A DNA stretch of 64,000 nucleotides. It comes from Nitrososphaeraceae archaeon. Its GTDB lineage: Archaea > Thermoproteota > Nitrososphaeria > Nitrososphaerales > Nitrososphaeraceae. Positions within the stretch are counted from its first letter, which is position 1, and each line of letters starts with the position of its first letter. Positions 1-10,085 of this stretch are shown here, piece by piece. The position numbers and the translations under genes were made by a program. Below the pieces are notes generated by a model that saw only the letters and a program-made list of their open reading frames with translations, ran no database searches and was not told where the DNA came from. The stretch is from NCBI GenBank assembly GCA_044870765.1, contig JBIOZG010000054.1, forward strand, positions 1 through 64,000, read 5' to 3'.

Positions 1-201
1 ATCAAAAACCCCATCAGTTTCTGTACTTTGGTACTAATTGGTTAGAAATTAGTAATTGTATATGAACAGCGTAGGATAAAAGGTTTAGACAGTCGATTGA
101 TTGAGATTGGTAGTTTGGTTGCGATAATCTACTAATAGGAGTTAACACGAAAAATTGTATTCTATTTAGTTTATAATGTACTTTCTTTCTATATAATGTG
201 A

Positions 202-378
202 ATGATAGAAAAGACACTGAAAAGTATTGAGCCCTTTACATCAAGTGCAGAAAAAAATTCGAGATTTTGTATAGGATGCGGAGAACCTGCGACCAAGCTA
301 GTCAAATACAGTACTATAGGAGCAATAATAATAGAGAAGTATTGTGATAAATGTGCCGATGCAATTAAAGAAAGTTAG
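202..378 (+). CDS. Small CxxC...CxxC zinc-finger micro-protein (58 aa; not in ORF track)
   Basis: Manual translation MIEKTLKSIEPFTSSAEKNSRFCIGCGEPATKLVKYSTIGAIIIEKYCDKCADAIKES; TATA-like tatataa just upstream; shares CxxC..(P)ATK...Y...G....EKYCDKC with 36623..36871. Confidence 0.8.
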   Translation: MIEKTLKSIEPFTSSAEKNSRFCIGCGEPATKLVKYSTIGAIIIEKYCDKCADAIKES

Positions 379-630
379 GTAATTAATGCCGACTAAATTC
401 AGTCGGGGATAACTATATCATGATAATTGCTAATTGAAGTGGAATTTGAGTCGAATCCAACGAAGCCCAAATTATTAAGCTCTACTAATGAAATGATGTA
501 AAATTCTTTTTCCGAGCTATACTTTCCTAAGAATATAATTGAAAAACTATTCAATTATCACAAGCTAAAGTGTACCTACTTTTAGTAATAATAGAAAGCT
601 ACATAAAACACGCGATGTACACATTAAATT

Positions 631-888
631 ATGACAACAAACCAAACATTAATGAATCAAAGTAATATGAAAATTAATCAAAGTATATTTCTTCTATGTG
701 ACCATTGCCTCTGGACTGCAACATGTCTCAGTAAATTACATATAAATCAGTTATTGGGAGCAAACAACATATGTCCTGCATGCAAATATGAACAATTATC
801 CAGCTTTCCTATAACTCCAAACGAGTCATTTACATATAGCCATTCCAGAACGAGAGGGCTAGAGGTTGTCTTTGGAATTAAAAAATAA
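631..888 (+). CDS. Zinc-ribbon micro-protein, family A (IFLLCxxCxW...CPxC...LSSFP)
   Basis: Paralogous motif in 7535, 22065 and 54048 ORFs. Confidence 0.8.
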   Translation: MTTNQTLMNQSNMKINQSIFLLCDHCLWTATCLSKLHINQLLGANNICPACKYEQLSSFPITPNESFTYSHSRTRGLEVVFGIKK

Positions 889-1178
889 TTTATATTTACA
901 GCGACATTCTTGGTTCACGAACACTAATTGACCCTTTTACGAATAAAGCCAATTATTGGCTCTAGCATATTTATGAAAAGTTAGTTACCGCAAAATTTAT
1001 GTTTGTAGCGCTTTTCGATTATACACCGGTTTAAAACAGAAATTTACGTCTCAAAAATCGCTCTGATACTATTCAATAGTATTTTATATCGAAATGTAAG
1101 TTGAAGTGAGAGGTCGTTCGCAAAATGGAGTTAATTACGTTCATTAATATTACGGAAAGAACAGACATTATCCTAACT

Positions 1179-1388
1179 ATGAGTTATAGAAGTGGTTTTG
1201 GAGGTCCAAAACCAGTAGAAATGGGAAAGGAATACGAAGTTGAAATATCAGAAATAAGCAGGAGGGGCGACGGAATTGCTAGAATCCAGGGTTTTGTAAT
1301 ATTTGTTGAAGGTGCAAAAAGTGGACAGAAAACGAACATAAGAATTACCAGTGTGGGAGATCGCTTTGCAAAAGCACAAATTGTGTAA
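1179..1388 (+). CDS. Stand-alone TRAM-domain protein (cold-shock-like RNA chaperone)
   Basis: PKPVEMGKEYEVEI..ISRRGDGIARIQGFVIFV motif; start moved to ATG 1179 by comparison with paralog 35953. Confidence 0.9.
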   Translation: MSYRSGFGGPKPVEMGKEYEVEISEISRRGDGIARIQGFVIFVEGAKSGQKTNIRITSVGDRFAKAQIV

Positions 1389-1612
1389 ATAAAGAAAGAT
1401 CCATCACACGAGCGTAAGTAATAGTCTTTAGTTTATTAAAAGGGTAACATTAAGACTATCACTTCTAGTTTGGGCTTAATTTGATGCCCGTATTTTTTTT
1501 GGTTTTATGCTAAAACTAAGAAACTCTTTTTATTGTTTGTAGGTTGAATTGAATCTTAAAATATAAAGTTATGTAATACTTTAGGACTAAAAGCTCTCAT
1601 TGAGTCCAGAAT

Positions 1613-1927
1613 TCAATCAGTATAATTCGTTACTCTTTTATACTCAATATAACGCCTAGAGAATTCTTTATCAATCTCTTCATTCTTAATAATCTCGCCT
1701 CTACGTCCAGGCGTCCTTACAACTTGCTGATTAACCATCTTTCTTTCATCATCCAATTCGTTGAAACCTAGATATGTATCATAGATTCGTTGCTTCATGG
1801 TCCTTAGGTAAGTGCTATATCTCTCTCTAAAGTCTACCTCGACGTCCGAAAAAATATTACTACTCAATTCCGGGTCTGTCCACATGTTAATGTATTCTCT
1901 CTCACATATAAGAATGCACTGCTCCAC
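1613..1927 (-). CDS. Hypothetical protein (true start may be the internal MWTDP Met)
   Basis: Charged helical 104-aa ORF with coding-like composition. Confidence 0.55.
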   Translation of the reverse strand: MEQCILICEREYINMWTDPELSSNIFSDVEVDFRERYSTYLRTMKQRIYDTYLGFNELDDERKMVNQQVVRTPGRRGEIIKNEEIDKEFSRRYIEYKRVTNYTD

Positions 1928-2043
1928 GATAAGAAAAACGAGAGATTATAAATTATCTTTGGTAACTTTAATTGAAAAATTGGACTCCGATATCATTGGC
2001 AAGTTCTACTATATTATAACATTCTCCAAATAATAAAGTAAAT

Positions 2044-3231
2044 CTATCTATTGATTTTTCTTACCAGAGGAGAACTAGCATGCTCAATAATTGAGTTATA
2101 GAGCAAGATATGCTTTTTGGCAACTTCCTTCCAGAGTAGATGCTTTCTAAGGTCTATAACCGCATCTTTGTATTGCTTGTAATTCATTTTAAGTTTTAGA
2201 AGAGAATTTGAGAACTCTACTGGATTGCGATTAACCATCATCCCTAACTTCATATCCGAGAATTCTTTGAAAAATTCCAACTTACTTGAAATAAATGGAA
2301 GTCCATGAGCTAACCCATCGTACATGACACCTGAACCAGAAGTTACTTTGTAAGGAAGGATCAGTACATCGGCACAATAGAAGAGCAATGATAAATCTTT
2401 TTCACTCAGAAAGCCCCTGTTCAAGTTGATCACCCCTTCATTTTCAAATTTCTCCTTCAGTTTTTCTCTTCCGTAATGGTTTCGTGAGGTGTTTATTACA
2501 ACTTTCCAGTCCTTAGGTATCTTCATCTTTCCAATTACATCCCATCCCTTGGTTGCGGTCATAAAGCCCACGGCTAAGGCAATGTTTGCGTGTTCGGGAA
2601 GTAAGAACATTTTCCTTGCCTCCTTTCTATCTAAGGGAGGCGAAGTGCTAGGCTCTGCCCCATGATATATCAAAGTACTGCCGGGGATGATATTGGCTAG
2701 ATATTTAGAAAAGACAACTCCGGCTCTATTGGAGCCTATTTTTTGCCTATTTAGGGAATTAAATGAATCATAATTTAGTAGATGTGTCCAATAGTCGTAA
2801 ACCATCCTAAGAAAAGTCCCAAAGCGTCCAAATATTCTATTATTTAATGGAACTACCAATTTCATCCATTGAGTGAAAGTGTAAGCCGAATGGAAAGTGG
2901 TGACCATAGGAACTGTGCATTCATCGTAAAATGATTCTATATTTGTGTGTGTTTTTTTAGGATTTATTGCATCTAAATGTATTCCATATAGTCCATGCTC
3001 ATATTGAACATGGACTACGTCTGGTTCAACCTCTTTGACTATTTTTAAGAGGGCTTTAGAATTATTTTGATTATTGGGTGAAATGCCACTGTAATCTCCA
3101 TTTCCATCTTCATTGCAAACGACAAATACCTGCATACCTTCGCTTCTTAACGAATCGACTAACTTCTTGCAGTAGCGTCCAACTCCACCCTGCATGGGTG
3201 GGTACTCTGTTGAAATCATCAATATTTTCAA
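2044..3231 (-). CDS. Glycosyltransferase family 4 (GT-B)
   Basis: MKILMISTEYPP..GGV N-terminus; PDVVHVQ; ADVLILPY..SGSGVMYDGLAHGLPFISS. Confidence 0.9.
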   Translation of the reverse strand: MKILMISTEYPPMQGGVGRYCKKLVDSLRSEGMQVFVVCNEDGNGDYSGISPNNQNNSKALLKIVKEVEPDVVHVQYEHGLYGIHLDAINPKKTHTNIESFYDECTVPMVTTFHSAYTFTQWMKLVVPLNNRIFGRFGTFLRMVYDYWTHLLNYDSFNSLNRQKIGSNRAGVVFSKYLANIIPGSTLIYHGAEPSTSPPLDRKEARKMFLLPEHANIALAVGFMTATKGWDVIGKMKIPKDWKVVINTSRNHYGREKLKEKFENEGVINLNRGFLSEKDLSLLFYCADVLILPYKVTSGSGVMYDGLAHGLPFISSKLEFFKEFSDMKLGMMVNRNPVEFSNSLLKLKMNYKQYKDAVIDLRKHLLWKEVAKKHILLYNSIIEHASSPLVRKINR

Positions 3232-3449
3232 ATCTATTCACTTGAATTTTAGTTATAAACAATAAATTAGTACACATCATACTATATCATCCTTTGTGTT
3301 TGTAACTGGCATAATGATGTGTCCTTATGACCATTCTGTAGTAACATCAGTCTGACAATTATTTTATAGACTCGTAGATATGGAAAATTATTTGTATGGC
3401 ATGGAATGTATCTAAACATTCTTAAGTCTTGTAGCATATATAGTAATTA

Positions 3450-3665
3450 ATGACACAAAATACTAGATATCTGATCAGCTTAGTTGAAAAGTGCCGTGAG
3501 GAGAATGACATCGGGCAGCGAATCGCGATATTAGAATTCATAAATTGTTTATTACCTATAGAAACAAAGTTAAGAATCCCTTCTCTCATTACAAATAGTT
3601 GTGTAGATAACATATTGAGTGCCTTTGAAGTTAGCTTGTCACCACCGATATACAATCAATTGTAA
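3450..3665 (+). CDS. Hypothetical protein
   Basis: 71-aa ORF with TATA-like element upstream. Confidence 0.5.
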   Translation: MTQNTRYLISLVEKCREENDIGQRIAILEFINCLLPIETKLRIPSLITNSCVDNILSAFEVSLSPPIYNQL

Positions 3666-3725
3666 TAAAACAAACTTATTGTCAATAAATCTCTGAGATT
3701 TACACGCCTAACTGCATGACGGTAA

Positions 3726-3914
3726 CTATGTGTGCTTCTTAGGTCTTACCAAAGAACACTCTTTATTTGTAAACTGTCTACATTTATCACTATGTCGCCA
3801 CTGACCGTTGTTAAAGTATTCCAAATGTTTAATATTATCTCTATTTGTAGTAATCCGCTCATTTCCATTCTTTGCAGACGTTGACTTTGCCATTATCTCC
3901 ATTCTTCTCCTCAT
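3726..3914 (-). CDS. Small hypothetical protein (GQWRHSDKCRQFTNKEC motif)
   Basis: Near-identical paralog at 18270..18467. Confidence 0.75.
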   Translation of the reverse strand: MRRRMEIMAKSTSAKNGNERITTNRDNIKHLEYFNNGQWRHSDKCRQFTNKECSLVRPKKHT

Positions 3915-4207
3915 GATTTAATCAATCATTGTTGGTAAAACATTCAATAAAAACGTTGTACATATATTGACTTAATTCCTTGGTAATGATAATATTTTCT
4001 AAAGTTTGGAAACGATTAAAAACTTAATCGCATACAAATTGTTTTTATTAGAGAAATAGTATTAAATTAGTATCAAATATGTAATTAAATGTATTTATTT
4101 CAACATAATGGATAAAACTAAGTCTTGATTAATTCGATAATTTCAAGTGAATGAGATGATATTTTATTAAACACATATAATTACACACCTAATTTTGCAA
4201 ATAAGAT

Positions 4208-4294
4208 ATAGAAAAATTAAGTCAAATATGTAATAAATATAAAATTTAGGATTATCAACTAGATATTGAAGTATGTTTTGATCGTTGTATGAAT
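4208..4294 (+). pseudogene. Decayed copy of the CxxC..CxxC micro-protein at 18735..18845
   Basis: ATG->ATA, Cys->Ser, in-frame TAG at 4247-4249, Cys->Arg relative to the intact copy. Confidence 0.7.
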
Positions 4295-4399
4295 TCCGAT
4301 TTTATCTTTGTATCATTGGCTTACCATTATTAGTAACGATAACTTATTTTATGGCGTGTCACAGTAAGCCAATAAATACATAACCAAAGATGTGCATTG

Positions 4400-5368
4400 T
4401 CATGTACCTGAAATGCCATTTGCAACTAATACCGAATAGCAACCAAGACCACAATCTTCACATATTGGTTTTAATGACTTGGCATCAGCACCACCAATGC
4501 AACAAGGCTGCTTAACTCTTCCCATATGATCCAAAGAAAGGATGGCCCACGTTGGACATTGAACGGGAGTTGTCCCATTACCTCCCCAATTTCCTTTCAT
4601 TAGGGACAATTGTTTCTCACTGTTAATCACAAATTCTGGATATTTTCTCCTGAGCTCTATAAGCCTATCGACCAAATCATTACGTAATTTTCCAAATTCT
4701 AACCAGAGAGGATCTCCTTTCATGAATGGAGTGTGAAACTGAAATCCTATTTTGTTGACTTTTCCAACCCATTCTTCAGCCAAGTCAACAGCTGTAGAGT
4801 AATTGACCGTATTGATAGTCATTGTGATCCAAATATCTTTCCAGGCAGGTTTGCCATTTCGAGGCGGCCCTTTAATATACTCTAGAATGTTACTCTTAGT
4901 TTTAGCATAGGAACCCTTTCCTCTAATAGCATCATGAGACTTTTCAGTCCCATCTAATGATATCCAATAAAAGTAAAGATTTTTGATCCTTTTCAGGGGA
5001 AAATAGCCATTTGTGACCACGCATATCCTTCTAGGCATCTCTTCACAAAATACGTCTATAATTTCTGGTCTCATAGTTGGTTCTCCTCCAACCAGTGTGA
5101 CAACAAAAAGATTTTGTTTCTTGAATGTTTTCCTGATTGTTTCTCTCCAGTCCTCAACGCTTAAATCTTGATTATCCTCCTGCCTATTTAGCCACCAGTA
5201 ACAGTGTGAGTTGTGGAGGTTACAAACATTAATTATATCGGCTGAGCCGTACAGTGCTGGCTTTGTATGAAGAAGCTTGATACCTGCAAATTTCTTGAAA
5301 ATGCTGACGTAAAGGGGTATCTCTCGAACAATGTCGGTTATTCCACGACCATAAACTAGATCCACCAT
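4400..5368 (-). CDS. Radical SAM superfamily protein with non-canonical CxxxNxxC motif and Cys-rich C-terminus
   Basis: NVCNLHNSHCYWW, VTLVGGEP, VVTNG, ISLDG..HDAIRGKGSY, C-terminal C..PCC..CEDC..C. Confidence 0.85.
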   Translation of the reverse strand: MVDLVYGRGITDIVREIPLYVSIFKKFAGIKLLHTKPALYGSADIINVCNLHNSHCYWWLNRQEDNQDLSVEDWRETIRKTFKKQNLFVVTLVGGEPTMRPEIIDVFCEEMPRRICVVTNGYFPLKRIKNLYFYWISLDGTEKSHDAIRGKGSYAKTKSNILEYIKGPPRNGKPAWKDIWITMTINTVNYSTAVDLAEEWVGKVNKIGFQFHTPFMKGDPLWLEFGKLRNDLVDRLIELRRKYPEFVINSEKQLSLMKGNWGGNGTTPVQCPTWAILSLDHMGRVKQPCCIGGADAKSLKPICEDCGLGCYSVLVANGISGT

Positions 5369-5434
5369 TTAGGTTGTAATACAGCACTTAATTTATAAAG
5401 TTAAATGATCTGGCTGATGGAATGGGTTCTCTAA

Positions 5435-5596
5435 TTACTGATTATTTGCTGCCTTCATCCTACTTACTAGCTTATACATATTGTCATGACATTGACATTC
5501 ACAAATTCTTGTTACCCTTGAGTTATTGATCATTTCTATTATATCTCCATCACACAAATCATGCTGTTGTTCAATACATTTTGCGGATTTATTCAC
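5435..5596 (-). CDS. Cys/His micro-protein, CxxxxHxxC...CxCxCH type (53 aa; not in ORF track)
   Basis: Manual translation from GTG: MNKSAKCIEQQHDLCDGDIIEMINNSRVTRICECQCHDNMYKLVSRMKAANNQ. Confidence 0.7.
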   Translation of the reverse strand: MNKSAKCIEQQHDLCDGDIIEMINNSRVTRICECQCHDNMYKLVSRMKAANNQ

Positions 5597-6245
5597 TAGG
5601 TCTTGTTACGCCGATGTCTATTAATGGTTATCCATCTTATTTTTTAGATCTACCAAATATAATTGGAAAATTTTACAAGATTTTTCCAATGATCAGTATT
5701 ATTTTAGGAGTAAATAAGCTGGATGGTAATGTGCTCATTTTAGGCATCAGATGTTAGTGGGAGTGGTACTTAGGACAGCGGTTAGATTTTAGTACTATTT
5801 TTAAAGTTTTTTCCAGCACCTAGTTACATTATTTTTGTAGTATAATCAATATATGAGATTTATCAATTAATCACATACGTTTCCAATTATAGGATTGGTC
5901 ACTTAATGCATAGTAGGTATATTTTAGTAAGAATTTTGTCCTAATTTTGGATTGACGTACTGAGTTCAAAACCTTTGCCATCTGGTAATACATTGACAAA
6001 TCCTAGTAGTTCTACTTTATGTTAGATAATACTATCATAAAGGAACCGGTATTAATACAAACAGAGGTTTAGACCTAGAGATTTTTCTTTAGGTAATCTC
6101 TGCAACATTCATCTGAATAGATTCTAGCTTTGCCTTTGTGCTTTAATAAATCGCACCGCTAAGTAAATTGTTGAATTCCTTTCCACAGATTGAACAGGAT
6201 ATACAAATGTTCAGTACATCACTCGTTCTTCAATAAGTCTTATTA

Positions 6246-6632
6246 ATGCCATTACCGAACAACTTGTCGAACGAAGTGTCCGAACAGCTAAATGTTATAT
6301 TATACTTCGTAGTATGTAGAAAACAAGGATATTTTACCATGGCAACTCTTAAGGTCTACAAGAGGAATTCAAAGTTTATTGATTTGTACGAATTAGTTGA
6401 AGAACTTAGTAGTTTGGGACTAATGGACACGCTACAAAAATACTACAATAAACCACTCGAGAAGCAAGCCAGGAGCATAGTGGCAGGACCGAGTTTCCTG
6501 CAATTCTTGAACAGATTATTTCAAATTCAAATTGCAGCTGGAGATGTTATACACTTAGAATCTGGAAATCTTGGTAAATTCTATATGTTATCAACAACTG
6601 GTACTTGGGATGAGATAATCAAATTACAATAA
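6246..6632 (+). CDS. Hypothetical protein (start probably at internal MATLKVY)
   Basis: ORF track; globular composition in the C-terminal ~97 aa. Confidence 0.55.
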   Translation: MPLPNNLSNEVSEQLNVILYFVVCRKQGYFTMATLKVYKRNSKFIDLYELVEELSSLGLMDTLQKYYNKPLEKQARSIVAGPSFLQFLNRLFQIQIAAGDVIHLESGNLGKFYMLSTTGTWDEIIKLQ

Positions 6633-6742
6633 AACACTTGTCTAGAGTAGTCCCCTATGGTTCTTTGTGATGGTGAAGTATTCGTTTGTCGATGGCGTAA
6701 TGTGTGACTCAGTTGTTTTAGCCAGGCACATCTGTTGCCACA

Positions 6743-7066
6743 TTACATTTTTTTCATTAATTCTTGGGAAAGCCTGTACTCTCTGACCTCTAGATCCGGC
6801 GTATTGTTACAATCATGTCGTTTGCCCAAATTCCAATCCAGTGGAATATATTTTCCCGAAATTGACCTATAATTTTTATCAAAATGTATGCCCTGTCCGC
6901 ATCTGAAACATTTTTGGCTTTGAAATCCAAGCTTTCGATTTTTATGTTTGCAACTGTGAAGATTACCATAATCATCCACCGGAGTTGCCACACCATTTCT
7001 ATTTCTCGATACGTTGTTAAAGGATATTTGCTGTTGGCAATTAAAACACCAAGCAATTATTTTCAT
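6743..7066 (-). CDS. Tandem CxxC...GxxxPxD...HxC zinc-finger protein
   Basis: Two internal repeats: CFNC..I.F..G..TPVD..G.LHSC and CFRC..I.F..GKYIPLD..G.RHDC. Confidence 0.75.
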   Translation of the reverse strand: MKIIAWCFNCQQQISFNNVSRNRNGVATPVDDYGNLHSCKHKNRKLGFQSQKCFRCGQGIHFDKNYRSISGKYIPLDWNLGKRHDCNNTPDLEVREYRLSQELMKKM

Positions 7067-7534
7067 TCCATATTATCCAATTAGTTTTATTTCAGATTGA
7101 GAACATTACAGCTATCATTTACTAATCTTGATAGAGTCTTCTAGTCATATAAGCCTTTGAAAGTTATTAGCACACAGGACGAGTCGTTGTAAAGAGGCGA
7201 ATAAGCTTCACTAAAAAAATGAGCTGTGTGGCATAAAATAAAAATTTCCTGCTCTCAGTAACAAAAATTTGTAATGAAACTAACCAAAGTTAAACGCAAC
7301 AATTCCCAAGAATTGGAAACATTCGTAGATTAATAGGGAAAACAATAGTATTTTGTTATGTTTCCGTGTTATAGTGGCGATATTCGTAATATCCAAGAAG
7401 TTTATACATATTTTCTAAACTACTATATTTCCTGTTCCTAATCCAAGTATTAGATATACTTAAATGCATCCAAACTGAATATAATTAATGTTAACTATAA
7501 TCAATATGCAGAAAGTGTTAGGCCATGGTTCATA

Positions 7535-7802
7535 TTGACCTCTTCGAAGATTTACCCGTTGTTCTATGAAAGCAAAGATAAGTTAATTGACAGAAATTTC
7601 TTAATCTGCAAATCATGTCATTGGTTCGCTACATGCCTTACCAACTTTATCCTTCCCAATACTTGTCCTTTATGCGGTAATAATCCAATAGAATCTATGC
7701 CTGTATCAGCTCCATGAGTCATACAGACTATTTTATGATTATGTTCATGGTTTGATCCTAGAATTCTGGTTTGATTCGAATGACGGAGTCTTAGTAAATT
7801 GA
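7535..7802 (+). pseudogene. Family A zinc-ribbon micro-protein with a +1 frameshift near 7710
   Basis: FLICKSCHWFATCL...CPLCG..IESMPVS, then the +1 frame reads HESYRLFYDYVHGLILEFWF, matching the family tail; its TGA (7800-7802) overlaps the next TTG start. Confidence 0.7.
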
Positions 7803-8059
7803 ATATTAGCGATTCAGAATCGCCCTATGGCATTATGGCAAAAACCTGTGGATGCGAAAATAAGAAAAGAAAAGTAACGTATTCCTTAATTGATAGTTAC
7901 CATAGTTTGTGTCATGATAAGAAGGATTTAATATTAGGACAGATTGAAGCATGTCAAAGGTTGGTAAAGTACACAGCACATGGTAGAGATGAGACGGACA
8001 AACAAGCAATAGAGAATGAAATAGATGAATTGAAAATGGTCTTGGATCTAATTCAGTAA
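7799..8059 (+). CDS. Small helical protein, family B (CG...KRK..YS...KKD.IL.QI.AC..L)
   Basis: Paralog at 57814..58062. Confidence 0.75.
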   Translation: MNISDSESPYGIMAKTCGCENKKRKVTYSLIDSYHSLCHDKKDLILGQIEACQRLVKYTAHGRDETDKQAIENEIDELKMVLDLIQ

Positions 8060-8286
8060 ATTTATGATTAATTGTCAAGGCTCTGTTGGTACTAGAACAT
8101 GGAACATTCAGTTCTTGTTAGTTTTCATTCATTAAACCTTGTCTTATGACTTAGTAATTAATTCCCGTAAATGTGACCTAGTCATAATCTATGTTGGATG
8201 ATCGGAAATAGTTAGTTTTTTTATTTGAAACTTATCGTAGGTAGATATTAATAGTATGAAACCGTATATGAATTAGTTTAAAATAA

Positions 8287-8475
8287 ATGCCTATGCTGAT
8301 GTTAAAATGTAAAAATTGTGGTGAGGTGTTTCCCGGTGTTTATATACCTGAAGATACCAAAGAAGGGTCCAAATTAAAGACTAATTCTATTTCTTCTCAT
8401 GTGTGTTCAAGAGGACATAAAAACGATTACTTAGCTGATGATTATATGGACTGGTCCGGACCTGAAACATTCTGA
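8287..8475 (+). CDS. Zinc-ribbon micro-protein (CKNC...CSRGH)
   Basis: CxxC and CxxxH pairs; directly upstream of and overlapping hflX. Confidence 0.75.
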   Translation: MPMLMLKCKNCGEVFPGVYIPEDTKEGSKLKTNSISSHVCSRGHKNDYLADDYMDWSGPETF

Positions 8476-9596
8476 AAATTAAACAAAATGTTATACTGGT
8501 AACGTATCCTGACGATTTCAGTATACAGGAAGGAAAAGGTTTGGTGGAATCATTAGGCAGTAATAATATCGTGAAGTGCTTTACCCAAAAAAACCTCAAG
8601 CATACACGATATGGATTGGGATCGGGCAAAGTCGAAGAGATTAAGGAATTTCTTCAACATACCAAGTATGAACAGATTATAGTTGATGAACATATGACAC
8701 CCAAACAGGTCTATAATTTAGAAAAGGCAACTGGTATAAAGGTGGTAGATAGGGAAAGGCTTATCCTCGACTTGTTTTATATTAGATCTACTACTTCAGA
8801 AGCAAAATTACAGATTCAGCTTGCAGAAATTAAATACGAGCTACCTCGGATAAGAGAAAATGCGAAACTGCTAATAGGTAATGAAAGACCAGGCAAAGGT
8901 GGCAGTGGAGAATATATAGTTGATGTAAAATTTAGGGACCTGAAGAGGAGAATGACATTTATTTTAAAAAAGTTGGCAGAATCCAAAAGAAAACGTGATC
9001 TTTACCATAATCAGCGAGTGGAGGACAGAATGCCAATAGTTTCTCTAGTTGGATACACAAGCTCAGGTAAGACTACTCTATTTAACTCGCTTACTCTCGA
9101 AAGTAATGAAACATCTGAAAATTTATTTACCACACTTTCGACTACGACAAGGTCTTTTATTATTGGAGGACGGAAACTTTTGCTTACAGATACAGTTGGA
9201 TTCATTAGAAGACTTCCTACTTACATGATTGAGGCCTTTAAGTCTACTTTGGAAGAGTCACTTCAGGCGGACATGATTATACTTCTTATTGACTCGTCAG
9301 AATCGGTAGATGAAATAAAAGTAAAATATGACAGTTGTATGAATGTGTTAGAAGAGTTGAATGTAGATAAAGAAAAAATTGTGATAGTATTTTCAAAAAT
9401 AGATAAAGCTGATTTTGATAATGTTAGAAGGGTGTTCACTGACTTAAATATAGTGGACCCATTACTTGTATCGCCCAAGTCCGGATACGGTGTTAGTAAA
9501 CTGAGAAAATCAATATCGCGTAAGATTCATTCATCCCTAGTTTTGAAAGATATGGACTCAAGTATTATTCCAGAGATATCCAACAAAGTACTTTGA
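8472..9596 (+). CDS. hflX: GTPase HflX (probable CTG start at 8472)
   Basis: DRERLILDLF, EAKLQIQLAEIKYELPR, GYTSSGKTT (G1), LFTTLSTT, DTVGF (G3), SKID (G4); frame stays open upstream of the track start as LKIKQNVILVTYPDDF. Confidence 0.92.
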   Translation: MKIKQNVILVTYPDDFSIQEGKGLVESLGSNNIVKCFTQKNLKHTRYGLGSGKVEEIKEFLQHTKYEQIIVDEHMTPKQVYNLEKATGIKVVDRERLILDLFYIRSTTSEAKLQIQLAEIKYELPRIRENAKLLIGNERPGKGGSGEYIVDVKFRDLKRRMTFILKKLAESKRKRDLYHNQRVEDRMPIVSLVGYTSSGKTTLFNSLTLESNETSENLFTTLSTTTRSFIIGGRKLLLTDTVGFIRRLPTYMIEAFKSTLEESLQADMIILLIDSSESVDEIKVKYDSCMNVLEELNVDKEKIVIVFSKIDKADFDNVRRVFTDLNIVDPLLVSPKSGYGVSKLRKSISRKIHSSLVLKDMDSSIIPEISNKVL

Positions 9597-9731
9597 ATTC
9601 CCTGTCATCTACTTGATAGTGTATGATAAACCTGAACAAAAAATGGTTGACATGATCAAAATCATTTGCCATTAAAACTAATGAATTATGATAAATCATA
9701 GGATTTAGCGTTGCATTACATTATGTAACTA

Positions 9732-10085
9732 TTATCTGGTAACAACGCTATTCCAGTTATTGTATAACTGTGGTGCCTCTTTATAACATGATTGTAGTTC
9801 ATTCAATCTGTCCATAGAACCTTCAGGAGACCTAACATCATTGTAAATGGACTCGGTTCTTATTAGTTCTAAAAATGTAAATACCTCTTCGTTCGTAACA
9901 CCATGTTTTATGTCATAATCGATTCTTTTACGAACTCTGCCTATTTTCCCATACTTGTTGTTTAGTTTTACTTCCCACCGAGACGCATTCTCAGATAAAC
10001 CTCTCACAAATCTAATAAGAGTCTGTTCCATATGTTTAACGTGCCAATCCCTCATGGGGAAACTATTTTGTTTCAAATAAATCAA
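9732..10085 (-). CDS. Hypothetical protein
   Basis: 117-aa ORF with TATA-like ttatataa upstream. Confidence 0.6.
   Translation of the reverse strand: MIYLKQNSFPMRDWHVKHMEQTLIRFVRGLSENASRWEVKLNNKYGKIGRVRKRIDYDIKHGVTNEEVFTFLELIRTESIYNDVRSPEGSMDRLNELQSCYKEAPQLYNNWNSVVTR

Noticed and set aside
6076-6225. Minus-strand CSICGKEF...ECCRDY zinc-finger remnant
   Set aside because: Needs a frameshift and has no start codon; too degraded to call
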